Shown here: piece by piece, positions 42,701 through 51,994 of the stretch
Position numbering within the stretch: the stretch's first letter is position 1
How the letters are laid out: every line of letters starts with the position of its first letter
Origin: Nitrospirota bacterium
GTDB taxonomy: Bacteria; Nitrospirota; Thermodesulfovibrionia; Thermodesulfovibrionales; UBA6898
DNA length: 64,000 nucleotides
Assembly: GCA_012026685.1 (NCBI GenBank)
Contig: VEOY01000089.1
Coordinates: 13,983 to 77,982, forward strand
Direction: 5' to 3'
The notes under the pieces: model-generated
The model's database searches: none
Told to the model about the DNA's origin: nothing
The model's input: the letters and a program-made list of their open reading frames with translations, nothing else
Made by a program: the position numbers and the translations under genes

Positions 42701-43462
42701 CTATTTCTTGGGCGCTGTCTTCTTATTTTCAGGCTTCTTTGCTGCGGGTGCAGCAGGATGCTCTTTATTGTCGGTCGCATCTTTTATCGAGATCAGCTCT
42801 ACTTCGAAGATCAGGGTAGCGTTCGGTCCGATCACCGAGCCCGCACCACGGTCGCCATATGCCAGATCAGAAGGGACAAACAGCTCCCAGGTCGAGCCTT
42901 CCTTCATGAGCTGAAGGGCTTCTGTCCACCCCTTGATCACCCCCTTGACCGGGAAGGTTGCAGGTTGTCCACGTTTATAGGAACTGTCGAATTCTGTACC
43001 ATCGATAAGCTTGCCCCTGTAGTTGGTGACGACCGTATCGGTCTCCTTCGGCGTTTTGCCCGTGCCCTCCTTGATAACCCTGTATTGCAGACCGCTCGGC
43101 AGGGTCTTGACCCCTTCTCTTTTCTTGTTTTCGGCGAAGAAGGCCTCGCCTTCCTTCTTGTTCTTTTCGCTCATCTCTTTTGTCTTCTCAGCCTGCTTTG
43201 CAGCAAGGTCCTTCTGGAACTTCATAAGCGTTTCCTGGACCTCCTGCTCGGACAGCATGAGCGGTGTGCCGGAAATGACATCCTTTATGCCCTTTGCGAA
43301 CATGTCTGTGTCGACATCGATCTCCTGGCGTTTCAGTTGGGTGCCGGTTGCTACTCCCATGCTATAGCTGAGCTTTTCCTTTTCCGATTTGAACCCCTGC
43401 GATTCGGCATAAACAATGCCTGCAAGCAGCAGGACCAGTACTGCCGTTACGACTGATTTCAT
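42701..43462 (-). CDS. FKBP-type peptidyl-prolyl isomerase (FkpA-like, periplasmic)
   Basis: Signal peptide MKSVVTAVLVLLLAGIVYA, an N-terminal helical domain, and the FKBP core (YRGKLIDGTEFDSS...GWTEAL...LIFEVEL). Low-complexity C-terminal tail. Confidence 0.85.
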   Translation of the reverse strand: MKSVVTAVLVLLLAGIVYAESQGFKSEKEKLSYSMGVATGTQLKRQEIDVDTDMFAKGIKDVISGTPLMLSEQEVQETLMKFQKDLAAKQAEKTKEMSEKNKKEGEAFFAENKKREGVKTLPSGLQYRVIKEGTGKTPKETDTVVTNYRGKLIDGTEFDSSYKRGQPATFPVKGVIKGWTEALQLMKEGSTWELFVPSDLAYGDRGAGSVIGPNATLIFEVELISIKDATDNKEHPAAPAAKKPENKKTAPKK

Positions 43463-43523
43463 GCATATGCTCCTTTCAAATTTTAGCGACATATCTACAT
43501 TATGCATCCCTTCTGTGCGGGAA

Positions 43524-44372
43524 TCAAGGCGGCGTGCAGGGACAGACCGCGTCAGCCTCTTCCTTCAGCAAACGTGCCGTATGCTCGTCCAACCCGCTTG
43601 AGCGAATAAAGGTTTCAAGTTCCATGTCTGCTATATCCTGCGCGAGCACGATGTCTGCGCGGAAAAGCGTATCGAGCATGGAACGCCTGACCGAATGGAG
43701 GACCGTGACCGGGTAAAGCCTCTTCTCCTCAATGAGGCGTTCGAGGCTGTTTTTTTCAGGGTAGCGCCAGCTTACAATTCTGAGCCCGACACATTCTGCG
43801 TATTGGATGGCGTCGGTCGTGCAACGGGTATTGGTGACCAGCCAGCCGTCAGAAAAGATCATGCCGTTGACGGGATACTTTTCAGCAGCCTTCTGGATAT
43901 CCTGAAACCGGGCCTGTACATACAGTGCGATCTTCACGTCCGTTGCCTTGCCCGCATCCCGGTGATATTTACATTCGATGAAGGACCACGCGTCATTGTT
44001 CCGTGCGATGACATCGATTTCGTGCTGAACGCAGAATCCCTGAACGATGCGGCCGGTTTCGACCGCATAGCCGTGGCGACTGAGGATTTTGCCGAAGTAC
44101 TTTTCGAAAGGGTAACCGGATGGCCCGAGAGAGAAAATGGCCTTCTTGAGAGAATAGCGCATGCCCGACGCGTGGTTGTATTTTCTGAGCAGGCGTTTTG
44201 CCCTGCGGTAGATATCCCGCGTCCGGGTTGCGGGCAGGATCTGCTGTTCAACTTCCCGGGCGATGGCCCCGGCTTCGTCAGCCGGCGCGCCTGACCGGAT
44301 AAGGGAATTGATCAGTTTCTTTATGTCAAAGTCTTCCTTGAGCCCCGAGGCTTTTGTGATGGCGACCGGCAT
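43524..44372 (-). CDS. ATP-cone domain fused to a PD-(D/E)XK (Mrr/restriction-endonuclease-like) domain
   Basis: The N-terminal ~80 aa resemble an ATP-cone (KASGLKEDFDIKKLINSLIRSG...). The core carries HEIDVIA...FIECKYH, a D...ExK nuclease motif. Confidence 0.6.
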   Translation of the reverse strand: MPVAITKASGLKEDFDIKKLINSLIRSGAPADEAGAIAREVEQQILPATRTRDIYRRAKRLLRKYNHASGMRYSLKKAIFSLGPSGYPFEKYFGKILSRHGYAVETGRIVQGFCVQHEIDVIARNNDAWSFIECKYHRDAGKATDVKIALYVQARFQDIQKAAEKYPVNGMIFSDGWLVTNTRCTTDAIQYAECVGLRIVSWRYPEKNSLERLIEEKRLYPVTVLHSVRRSMLDTLFRADIVLAQDIADMELETFIRSSGLDEHTARLLKEEADAVCPCTPP

Positions 44373-44395
44373 GGGATATTCTACCTTATCAGGAT

Positions 44396-44417
44396 CCGGA
44401 TTTCTCCGAAAATCCGG
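44396..44417. repeat. 8-bp perfect inverted repeat CCGGATTT(N6)AAATCCGG in divergent promoter region
   Basis: Read directly. Sits between the ATP-cone nuclease gene (minus) and cysK (plus). Confidence 0.5.
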
Positions 44418-44490
44418 GTATCGAAATGATATAATTAAAGAAAGCGCCCAGTTATATCACTAAATAAGTCTTACTAAGGGGAGAAAGCCG

Positions 44491-45420
44491 ATGAAGCTGT
44501 ACCAAGATGTCCTTTCCATGATAGGGAACACGCCGATGGTGAATATCCGCCGCATGACAGACACCGCTGACGCTGAGATATGGGCAAAGCTTGAGGGATG
44601 TAATCCTGGCGGCTCAGTAAAGGACAGGATAGCGCTTGCGATGATAGAGACCGCTGAAAGAGAAGGAAAGATCGGGCCCGGGGGAACGATCGTTGAACCA
44701 ACGAGCGGCAACACCGGGATAGGTCTTGCGATGGTTTCCGCGATCAAGGGCTATCATCTCATACTTACCATGCCCGAAACCATGTCCATGGAGCGACGGC
44801 AGCTCCTGCAGGCATACGGTGCCGAACTGGTGCTCACCGAGGGTAAAAAAGGCATGAAAGGGGCTGTGGATAGGGCTGCCGAGATACAGATGGAAAATCC
44901 GTCCTACTTCATGCCGCAGCAGTTCGAAAACTGCGCAAATCCGGAAGCGCATATGAGGACGACAGCGGTCGAGATCCTCAATGATCTGGGCTGCCCTCCT
45001 GACGGCTTTGTCGCAGGAGTGGGCACCGGCGGTACGATCACGGGTGTTGGCCACGTGCTCAGACAGAAAAATCCGGATGTCTGGATAGCGGCGGTTGAGC
45101 CAGCGGCATCTCCGGTGCTTTCGGGGGGTAAGGCAGGACCCCATAAGATAGCCGGCATCGGGGCTGGATTTGTGCCTGGTGTACTGAATGCGAGTGTCTA
45201 TAATGAGGTCATTCCTGTCAGCGAGGGAGATGCCGCCGAAACAGCCCGTCTTATGGCAAAGATGGAGGGCATATTGCCCGGGATATCGTCAGGGGCTGCG
45301 ATGTGGGGAGCGCTCAGGGTGGCACGGAAGCTTGGTGCGGGAAAGAAAGTTGTCGTTATCATACCGGACAGGGGAGAGAGATATCTCAGCACCGGACTTT
45401 TTGCCCCTGAATCACCTTAA
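44491..45420 (+). CDS. cysK: cysteine synthase A (O-acetylserine sulfhydrylase)
   Basis: IGNTPMV, the PLP-lysine region NPGGSVKDR, and TSGNTGIGLA. Confidence 0.9.
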   Translation: MKLYQDVLSMIGNTPMVNIRRMTDTADAEIWAKLEGCNPGGSVKDRIALAMIETAEREGKIGPGGTIVEPTSGNTGIGLAMVSAIKGYHLILTMPETMSMERRQLLQAYGAELVLTEGKKGMKGAVDRAAEIQMENPSYFMPQQFENCANPEAHMRTTAVEILNDLGCPPDGFVAGVGTGGTITGVGHVLRQKNPDVWIAAVEPAASPVLSGGKAGPHKIAGIGAGFVPGVLNASVYNEVIPVSEGDAAETARLMAKMEGILPGISSGAAMWGALRVARKLGAGKKVVVIIPDRGERYLSTGLFAPESP

Positions 45421-46664
45421 CATTCATAGGTAACCCAGGAGACCCTGTTTCTGCCCTGCCCTTTTGCCTTATAGAGGCCGTTATCTGCGCGAAGAAGCAG
45501 ATCGTTGGCAGAACTGTCCTCGGTTGTTGCTGAGGCAATGCCGATGCTCACCGTGACCGGGTCCTTGATCGTGATGCCGGCTCTTGCGTGCAGGGATTCT
45601 GCAATCGTTTCGCGGATCCTATCCGCAAGGTGAAGCATATTCTCGAAGGTCGTGTCCGGCAGGACTACAAGAAATTCTTCGCCTCCGTACCTCCCTGCAA
45701 TATCATAGGCCCGGATAGAGCGCACGATCATTCCTGCCGTTTCTTTCAAGACCATGTCGCCGGTCGGATGGCCGTAGGTGTCGTTGATATCCTTGAAGTG
45801 ATCTATGTCGAGCATCATGCATCCCAGCTGCTTTTTCAGGCGCATGGCCCGTTCAAACTCCTGATTGAAACGGGTCAGCAGATGCCTTCGGTTGAACAGG
45901 CCGGTCAGGTCGTCCGTGATCGCCATAGTCTCAATCTGTTGCCGCGCCTCGGCAATCTTCCGTATGAGTCTCTTCGTGAAATAGAGGCCGATGCCGAAAA
46001 GGACCGAGATGCTGATAAAACCGAAGGCGATGAAGATAAAAGTATAGGTATCCTGGATTTTCTTGATATCCTTAACGTCAAAGGTCACACTGATGCCGCC
46101 GCGTACCTGGCCCATCCGGTATCCCTGAACAGCGTGACATGTCAGGCACGCGTGTTCAACAAAAAGCGGCGCCATATATCTGAAGTACGTCTTCCCTTCC
46201 AGTTGTTCGGTCTGAAAAGCCTCTTTTTCCCCCTGCTCGAACAGTTTCAGCGCTTTTTCCTCGAATGCATCAGGCTTATTGTCAGGGTTCAGGGGGTTGA
46301 GACTCGTGATGCGAAAGCGAAAGAGTCCCTCCTGCTCGGCATATTCTGAGATCTCGCGGGTCATGAGCGCCGGGTTCTTTTTCGTGAATAGCCGGCCGTC
46401 GGTTGTCTTGATGTCGGGGTCGGCAAGGTAGGGGTTTGATGTCATCCCGTCTTTCTTCTCGACATATATCCCGCCATGAGCTGCGTTCCATTTTCTGGTG
46501 ATCACGATACTGTGGAAGAGCGATCTCGCCTCGGTCCGGGCCTGCTCATAGATGAGTTTCCTGTTCGTGGCTGTCACGACAGAGAAGATGATGACCAGGC
46601 AGAACAGAAAGACGAGTCCCGCGGAAAGTGCAAAGCTTCTGTAGATGGTCCGCTCTGGATCCAT
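45417..46664 (-). CDS. diguanylate cyclase with N-terminal DUF3365-like sensor domain carrying a CxxCH heme-c motif
   Basis: TM, then a periplasmic-like domain with CLTCH, a second TM, then a GGDEF domain (DDLTGLFNRR, RYGGEEF). An RxxD I-site (RAYD) lies 5 residues upstream. Confidence 0.8.
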   Translation of the reverse strand: MDPERTIYRSFALSAGLVFLFCLVIIFSVVTATNRKLIYEQARTEARSLFHSIVITRKWNAAHGGIYVEKKDGMTSNPYLADPDIKTTDGRLFTKKNPALMTREISEYAEQEGLFRFRITSLNPLNPDNKPDAFEEKALKLFEQGEKEAFQTEQLEGKTYFRYMAPLFVEHACLTCHAVQGYRMGQVRGGISVTFDVKDIKKIQDTYTFIFIAFGFISISVLFGIGLYFTKRLIRKIAEARQQIETMAITDDLTGLFNRRHLLTRFNQEFERAMRLKKQLGCMMLDIDHFKDINDTYGHPTGDMVLKETAGMIVRSIRAYDIAGRYGGEEFLVVLPDTTFENMLHLADRIRETIAESLHARAGITIKDPVTVSIGIASATTEDSSANDLLLRADNGLYKAKGQGRNRVSWVTYEC

Positions 46665-46716
46665 TTCATAGTTTAACGGTTTTCACGGAAATTTTTGTGA
46701 TATAATCCACAACACC

Positions 46717-47757
46717 ATGGAGCTGAAACGGCTGGTAAAAAGAGAGGTGGCCCGGCTCAGGGCGTATCAGGCAACAGAGGTCCCCTGCAGGGTGAAACTC
46801 GATGCAAACGAAAGCCCGTATGGATTTCGTGTTGCGCTCAAGGCTGCCGCAGCTGTCCGGACCAACCGGTATCCGGATCCCGAGGCAAAGAAGCTCAGAA
46901 AAATACTTGCCGGAGAGCTTGGTGTGATGCCGCAGAACATTCTTCAGGGAAACGGATCAGACGAGATCATCTATAACCTTGTGGCCACATACGGCGGACC
47001 GGTTTTGTATCCTGTTCCGACATTCTCCATGTACGGCATCATCAGCCAGATACTTGGCGAGAAGAAAGTCATCGTACCGCTCGACAGGGAATTCGACCTC
47101 GATGAAGGGAAGATGCTCAAGGCCATCCGGAAAAGCAGGCCGAAGATCGTATTTTTGAGCAGCCCGAACAATCCGACGGGAAACTGCTTTTCTTCAGACA
47201 GAATCCTGAAGATTGTAGAGGCATCTCAAGGGATCGTTGTTGTGGATGAGGCATACCAGCCGTTTGCGAGCGAAAAGGGTTTTTTGCCACTGCTCAAGGA
47301 CTACAGGAATCTTGTCATTATGAGGACGCTGAGCAAGATAGGGCTTGCTGCGCTTCGGTTCGGGTTTCTTGCTGCTGATGAAGAGATAATCGAAGAGGTG
47401 AACAAGGTCAGGTTGCCGTTCAATGTCAATGCGCTTTCGCAGGCGGTTGCGGTTGAAGCGCTGAAGGACAGGAAGGCGCTGAGGACTGCGGTTGTCGCGA
47501 TCGCCGCAGAAAGGGACCGGCTTATGCAGGCCATGGAGGGCATCGGCGAGATAACGCCATTTCCATCAGAGGCGAACTTCATCCTCTTTCGGGTCTCAGA
47601 CCCGGCAAAAGTCCATGCCGGGCTTCTCAGAAGAGGCGTACTGGTGAGGAATGTTGCTGACGCCGTGAAAGGCTGCCTGAGGGTTACTGTCGGGACACCT
47701 CAGGAGAACAGGATATTCCTGCATGCACTCAGGAGCTGTACGGGAAAATCTTCATGA
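46717..47757 (+). CDS. hisC: histidinol-phosphate aminotransferase
   Basis: KLDANESP opening, SSPNNPTG, and the PLP-lysine region RTLSKIGLA. Confidence 0.9.
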   Translation: MELKRLVKREVARLRAYQATEVPCRVKLDANESPYGFRVALKAAAAVRTNRYPDPEAKKLRKILAGELGVMPQNILQGNGSDEIIYNLVATYGGPVLYPVPTFSMYGIISQILGEKKVIVPLDREFDLDEGKMLKAIRKSRPKIVFLSSPNNPTGNCFSSDRILKIVEASQGIVVVDEAYQPFASEKGFLPLLKDYRNLVIMRTLSKIGLAALRFGFLAADEEIIEEVNKVRLPFNVNALSQAVAVEALKDRKALRTAVVAIAAERDRLMQAMEGIGEITPFPSEANFILFRVSDPAKVHAGLLRRGVLVRNVADAVKGCLRVTVGTPQENRIFLHALRSCTGKSS

Positions 47758-47769
47758 CGGGGAGAGCTT

Positions 47770-48357
47770 ATGAGAACAGCAAAGATTGAGAGAAAGACGA
47801 GGGAGACCCAGATCCTCGCAGAAATGAACCTGGATGGGACCGGTAAATACGCAATAAAAACGCCGATACCCTTTTTCGATCATATGCTTACCCTCATGTG
47901 CAAGCACGGACTCTTTGACATGAGGCTGAAGGCCAAGGGCGATGTGGAAATAGACGACCACCATACGGTCGAAGACACGGGGATCGTACTCGGCAAGGCT
48001 TTGAAGCAGGCACTGGGGGACATGAAGGGCATTGTCCGGTATGGCCAGTCATCCGTGACCATGGATGAGGCCCTGGCGGAGGTAAGCCTTGATATCAGCG
48101 GAAGACCGTATCTTGTCTACAATGTCTCGTTTCCCAAAAAGAGCAAACTGCGCGAGTTCGATCCTGATCTGATCGAGGATTTTCTGCGGGCATTTGCCGG
48201 GAGCGCCGGTATTACGCTCCACGTGAATCTGTCATACGGAAGGAATACCCACCATATAATCGAAGCGATATTCAAGGCCCTTGGCAGGGCACTGAAACAG
48301 GCGGTTTCCCTCGACCCACGGGTCAAAGGAGTTCCCTCTACCAAAGGTACCCTGTAG
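47770..48357 (+). CDS. hisB: imidazoleglycerol-phosphate dehydratase (monofunctional)
   Basis: RKTRETQI, FFDHML, DDHHTVEDTGI, and NTHHIIEAIFKA. Confidence 0.95.
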   Translation: MRTAKIERKTRETQILAEMNLDGTGKYAIKTPIPFFDHMLTLMCKHGLFDMRLKAKGDVEIDDHHTVEDTGIVLGKALKQALGDMKGIVRYGQSSVTMDEALAEVSLDISGRPYLVYNVSFPKKSKLREFDPDLIEDFLRAFAGSAGITLHVNLSYGRNTHHIIEAIFKALGRALKQAVSLDPRVKGVPSTKGTL

Positions 48358-48370
48358 TTCAGATATTCCG

Positions 48371-49057
48371 GTGGGCGGCATGCATGTGCAGCAACTGATC
48401 CCCCTGGAAGATATCCGGTATGTTCTTTTGGACATGGACGGAACTCTTCTTGACAAGTATTTTGATGACTATTTCTGGGAGCACCTGCTGCCGGAAAAGT
48501 ACGCTGAGAAAAAGAACATCTCTTTTGGCAGGGCAAAAGAGGCGCTGTTGAACAAGTACAGGATGCATGAAGGAACGCTGAACTGGACAGATATTGATTT
48601 CTGGTCCAGAGAGGTCGATATCGATATCCCCGCGCTTAAAGAACAGATACACCATCTCATCGAAGTGCATCCTCATGTTGAGGATTTCCTCAGGATGCTC
48701 AGAAAGCACAGGAAAAAGGTCTTTCTGGTGACAAATGCGCACTACAAGGTTCTTGATATCAAGCTCAGGAAGACGGAGATAGGGAAGTATTTCGATGCTG
48801 CGATCACGTCGTTCGAGATGGGCTACCCCAAGGAAAACCTTGCCTTCTGGGAAAAAGCACAGAAGAGACTCGGGTTCGACAAGGAAACGACCCTCTTCAT
48901 CGACGATACCGAAGCGGTCCTGAGGACGGCAAAGCAGTACGGCATACGGTATATTCTCTATAAGGCATATGCCAGCTCGAAGACACATAAAGGATCATCT
49001 GCTCATTTCCCTGCTATTGAGGACTTCCGGCAGCTCATGTTCCCTGACAGGAAATAA
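48371..49057 (+). CDS. HAD-superfamily hydrolase (YrfG-like nucleotidase/phosphatase)
   Basis: HAD motif I LLDMDGTLLD and motif IV-like FIDDT. GTG at 48371 or ATG at 48380 as the start. Confidence 0.75.
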   Translation: MGGMHVQQLIPLEDIRYVLLDMDGTLLDKYFDDYFWEHLLPEKYAEKKNISFGRAKEALLNKYRMHEGTLNWTDIDFWSREVDIDIPALKEQIHHLIEVHPHVEDFLRMLRKHRKKVFLVTNAHYKVLDIKLRKTEIGKYFDAAITSFEMGYPKENLAFWEKAQKRLGFDKETTLFIDDTEAVLRTAKQYGIRYILYKAYASSKTHKGSSAHFPAIEDFRQLMFPDRK

Positions 49058-49112
49058 GAAGGGCGGGCCGATCGATTGTTTCTCTCACGGAAATAGCTTA
49101 CAATAGACACCT

Positions 49113-50837
49113 ATGACAGAACTTCAGGAACTGATTTTTGAGCTGACCAAAGAGCCGAAGATCGCCTATTTTTCCATGGAAATCGGCGTGCATAATGACA
49201 TCCCGACCTACAGCGGCGGTCTTGGCGTGCTTGCGGGCGATACCATCCGTTCAGCAGCCGACCTCAAGCTGCCCATGGTGGCTGTCACGCTGATGAGCAG
49301 GAAAGGATATTTCATCCAGGAGCTTGACAGCTCGGGAAAGCAGACCGAACTGCCGGCAGTGTGGGACCCCGCTGCGTATATGCAGCTCCTTCCCCAGAGA
49401 GTCATGGTCCAGATAGACGGTAGAGATGTACAGGTACAGGCGTGGCTCTATACGGTCAAGAGTCTTACCGGCGGCAGCATCCCGGTCTTCTTCCTCGATA
49501 CCGACCTGCCGGCGAACGCACCCGAGCACCGCGAGATCACGGCGCAGCTGTACGGAGGGGGCCAGGAATACCGTCTCAAGCAGGAGATCGTCCTCGGCAT
49601 CGGCGGCGTGAGAATGCTGCATGAACTGGAGTTCGAGATACGGAAATTTCATATGAATGAGGGCCATGCAAGCTTTCTGACGCTTGAACTTCTTAACCGC
49701 TTTAAAAAACCTATCGAAGATGTCTGGGATGAAAAGCTTGTCTGGGACAAGAGGGCGGTAAAGAACCTCTGCGTCTTCACTACCCATACCCCTGTTGAAG
49801 CAGGCCATGACAAGTTCCCGTATGATCTTGTCACGAAGGTCATGGGAGAGATCGTTCCTCTTTCCCTGCTCCAGGAACTCGCCGGAAGAGATGGTCTCAA
49901 TATGACGCTTCTTGCGCTTAACCTCAGCAGGTATATCAATGGCGTGGCGAAAAAGCACGGGGAGGTTTCCCAGAGCATGTTCCCGGGATACGAGATCCAT
50001 GCGATAACAAACGGTGTACATTCGTACACCTGGACCTGCGACAGCTTCAAGAAGATCTTTGACAAATATCTCCCTGGCTGGGCAAATGAGCCGGAGCTTT
50101 TCGTCAGGGTAGGCCGCATTCCTGACGAGGAGCTCTGGGAAGCTCACATGGTGGCAAAGCGGCATCTTCTTGCCTATATACAGCGGCAGGCCGGGATTGA
50201 GCTCTCGCCGGACATCCTTACTCTTGGCTTCGCGAGAAGAGCAACAGCATATAAACGGGCAGACCTCCTGTTCCGGGACCTGGAGCGGCTTGAGGCAATA
50301 GGGTCGGGCAAGCTCCAGATCGTCTACGCGGGCAAGGCCCACCCGAAGGATATGGCAGGCAAACAGCTTATTCAGAATATTTTCAATTACAAGGAAAAGC
50401 TCAAAGACAAGATCAGGATCGTCTATCTTACGAACTATAATATGGACATAGCGCTTAAGATCGTATCAGGGGTTGATATATGGCTGAACACACCGCTCAG
50501 ACCCCTTGAGGCGTCCGGCACAAGCGGAATGAAAGCTACGCATAACGGCGTTATGAATTTCAGCGTTCTTGACGGATGGTGGATCGAGGGACATATCGAG
50601 GGATACACCGGATGGTCCATAGGTCCTGCTCCCCAGGAACTGACCCCCGGGGCTGATGCAGATGCCCGTGATGCTGAAGATCTCTACCACAAGCTGGAGC
50701 ATGAAGCGATCCGTATCTATTACCATGACCGTCATACGTGGACGCGGATGATGCAGAATGCAATCGGCAAGAATGCCTATTATTTCAATTCACACCGTAT
50801 GATGAGGCGCTACGTTACCGAAGCATATCTGAGATAG
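49113..50837 (+). CDS. glgP: alpha-glucan phosphorylase (GlgP family, short type)
   Basis: YFSMEIG...YSGGLGVLAGD opening and the PLP-lysine region EASGTSGMKA. Confidence 0.9.
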   Translation: MTELQELIFELTKEPKIAYFSMEIGVHNDIPTYSGGLGVLAGDTIRSAADLKLPMVAVTLMSRKGYFIQELDSSGKQTELPAVWDPAAYMQLLPQRVMVQIDGRDVQVQAWLYTVKSLTGGSIPVFFLDTDLPANAPEHREITAQLYGGGQEYRLKQEIVLGIGGVRMLHELEFEIRKFHMNEGHASFLTLELLNRFKKPIEDVWDEKLVWDKRAVKNLCVFTTHTPVEAGHDKFPYDLVTKVMGEIVPLSLLQELAGRDGLNMTLLALNLSRYINGVAKKHGEVSQSMFPGYEIHAITNGVHSYTWTCDSFKKIFDKYLPGWANEPELFVRVGRIPDEELWEAHMVAKRHLLAYIQRQAGIELSPDILTLGFARRATAYKRADLLFRDLERLEAIGSGKLQIVYAGKAHPKDMAGKQLIQNIFNYKEKLKDKIRIVYLTNYNMDIALKIVSGVDIWLNTPLRPLEASGTSGMKATHNGVMNFSVLDGWWIEGHIEGYTGWSIGPAPQELTPGADADARDAEDLYHKLEHEAIRIYYHDRHTWTRMMQNAIGKNAYYFNSHRMMRRYVTEAYLR

Positions 50838-50843
50838 CCGCTT

Positions 50844-51170
50844 CTACTCCTGCTGCTTCCTGCAGACAGGGCAGTCCTCGTGTTCAGGAACGAAGCTCCC
50901 GCATTTTCGACACTGCACGAGGGCAATCGTCCGCTTCCTGCCGCAATATCCGCAGACATCATCATTATGACCGATCGGACGTGAACAGCCGGGGCATAAT
51001 AGTGTTGCCCGCTTCTCTGCTCTCAGGGAAGGGAGAAAGGCTATGATGACCGTCATCAGGGGAAAAATGAAGCAGGCCAGCGCCCAGAAAAATATGTTCC
51101 GGCCTTTCTTTGCGGCGAACAGACCGCCGACCGCTCCCGCGATCAGCTGAAGAACGACGAGACGGGCCAC
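50844..51170 (-). CDS. small membrane protein with C-terminal double zinc-ribbon
   Basis: Two hydrophobic helices, then CPGC...CGYCG...CRKCG...CPVC. Confidence 0.55.
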   Translation of the reverse strand: MARLVVLQLIAGAVGGLFAAKKGRNIFFWALACFIFPLMTVIIAFLPSLRAEKRATLLCPGCSRPIGHNDDVCGYCGRKRTIALVQCRKCGSFVPEHEDCPVCRKQQE

Positions 51171-51175
51171 AACGA

Positions 51176-51964
51176 TCAGCCGTTCAGCAGGGCAAGGGCC
51201 TTTTTGTGGAGCACCCCATTCCCTGCTGCGAGCAGACTGGTCGATCTGTTCAGTCCCAGCTCAAGGATGTCCAGGTCGTTTCCCCGCATGTCGGTAATGA
51301 TTCCGCCGGATTCTTTTAGGAGGAGAAATCCTCCCGCAAAATCGAAACTGCGCGATGCAGATGCTGTGACAAAAGCACTGACAGAACCGCATGCAACATA
51401 GGCAAGATCAAGAGCGGTCGCTCCCATGCAGCGTATTTTATTTGCTGCCCTGAGAAGTGGTACGATCGCCGGCAGATCCCGGGACGGAGATGACGCCTCG
51501 TAGGCGACGACGGAGAATTCTTCTTCCTTCTGGCCCTGCATGGTGTTGCCGAGGAAAAAGGCGTTGTGTCCTTTGGTTGCCCAGAACGCGTCGCCATTGA
51601 CAAGATTAATGACATACGCAAGATAGATATCTCCTGCAGTGGTTCCCTTGGCTGCGGCGATGGAAGCGCCGTAGAATGGTATACCATTGACAGCGTTCCT
51701 GCTGCCGTCAATGGGGTCCACCAGGACGACCGTCCCGCCTCCATGGAGATGGATGACGCCCGCCTCTTCAGAGATGAGGGTAAGCGGCTCCTTCAGGGCT
51801 TCAAGGCCCAGGATAATGATCTCTTCTGCGAGCCGGTCAATATGATATGTTCTGTCGCCTCCTGCGCCTGTGCCTTCAGGGTCTCTTAGGCGGGAGGAAT
51901 GTTTCAGGGGCGAAAGCTCACGGTAGAGGGATTTTCCTATATTCTGCAGGTCCTTGGTATGCAT
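51176..51964 (-). CDS. inositol monophosphatase family protein (IMPase/FBPase type)
   Basis: ISEEAG, VDPIDGS, and ALDLAYVA motifs. 262 aa. Confidence 0.85.
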   Translation of the reverse strand: MHTKDLQNIGKSLYRELSPLKHSSRLRDPEGTGAGGDRTYHIDRLAEEIIILGLEALKEPLTLISEEAGVIHLHGGGTVVLVDPIDGSRNAVNGIPFYGASIAAAKGTTAGDIYLAYVINLVNGDAFWATKGHNAFFLGNTMQGQKEEEFSVVAYEASSPSRDLPAIVPLLRAANKIRCMGATALDLAYVACGSVSAFVTASASRSFDFAGGFLLLKESGGIITDMRGNDLDILELGLNRSTSLLAAGNGVLHKKALALLNG

Positions 51965-51994
51965 GTCAGTTTTTTTGACGGGATATGCAGGTGC

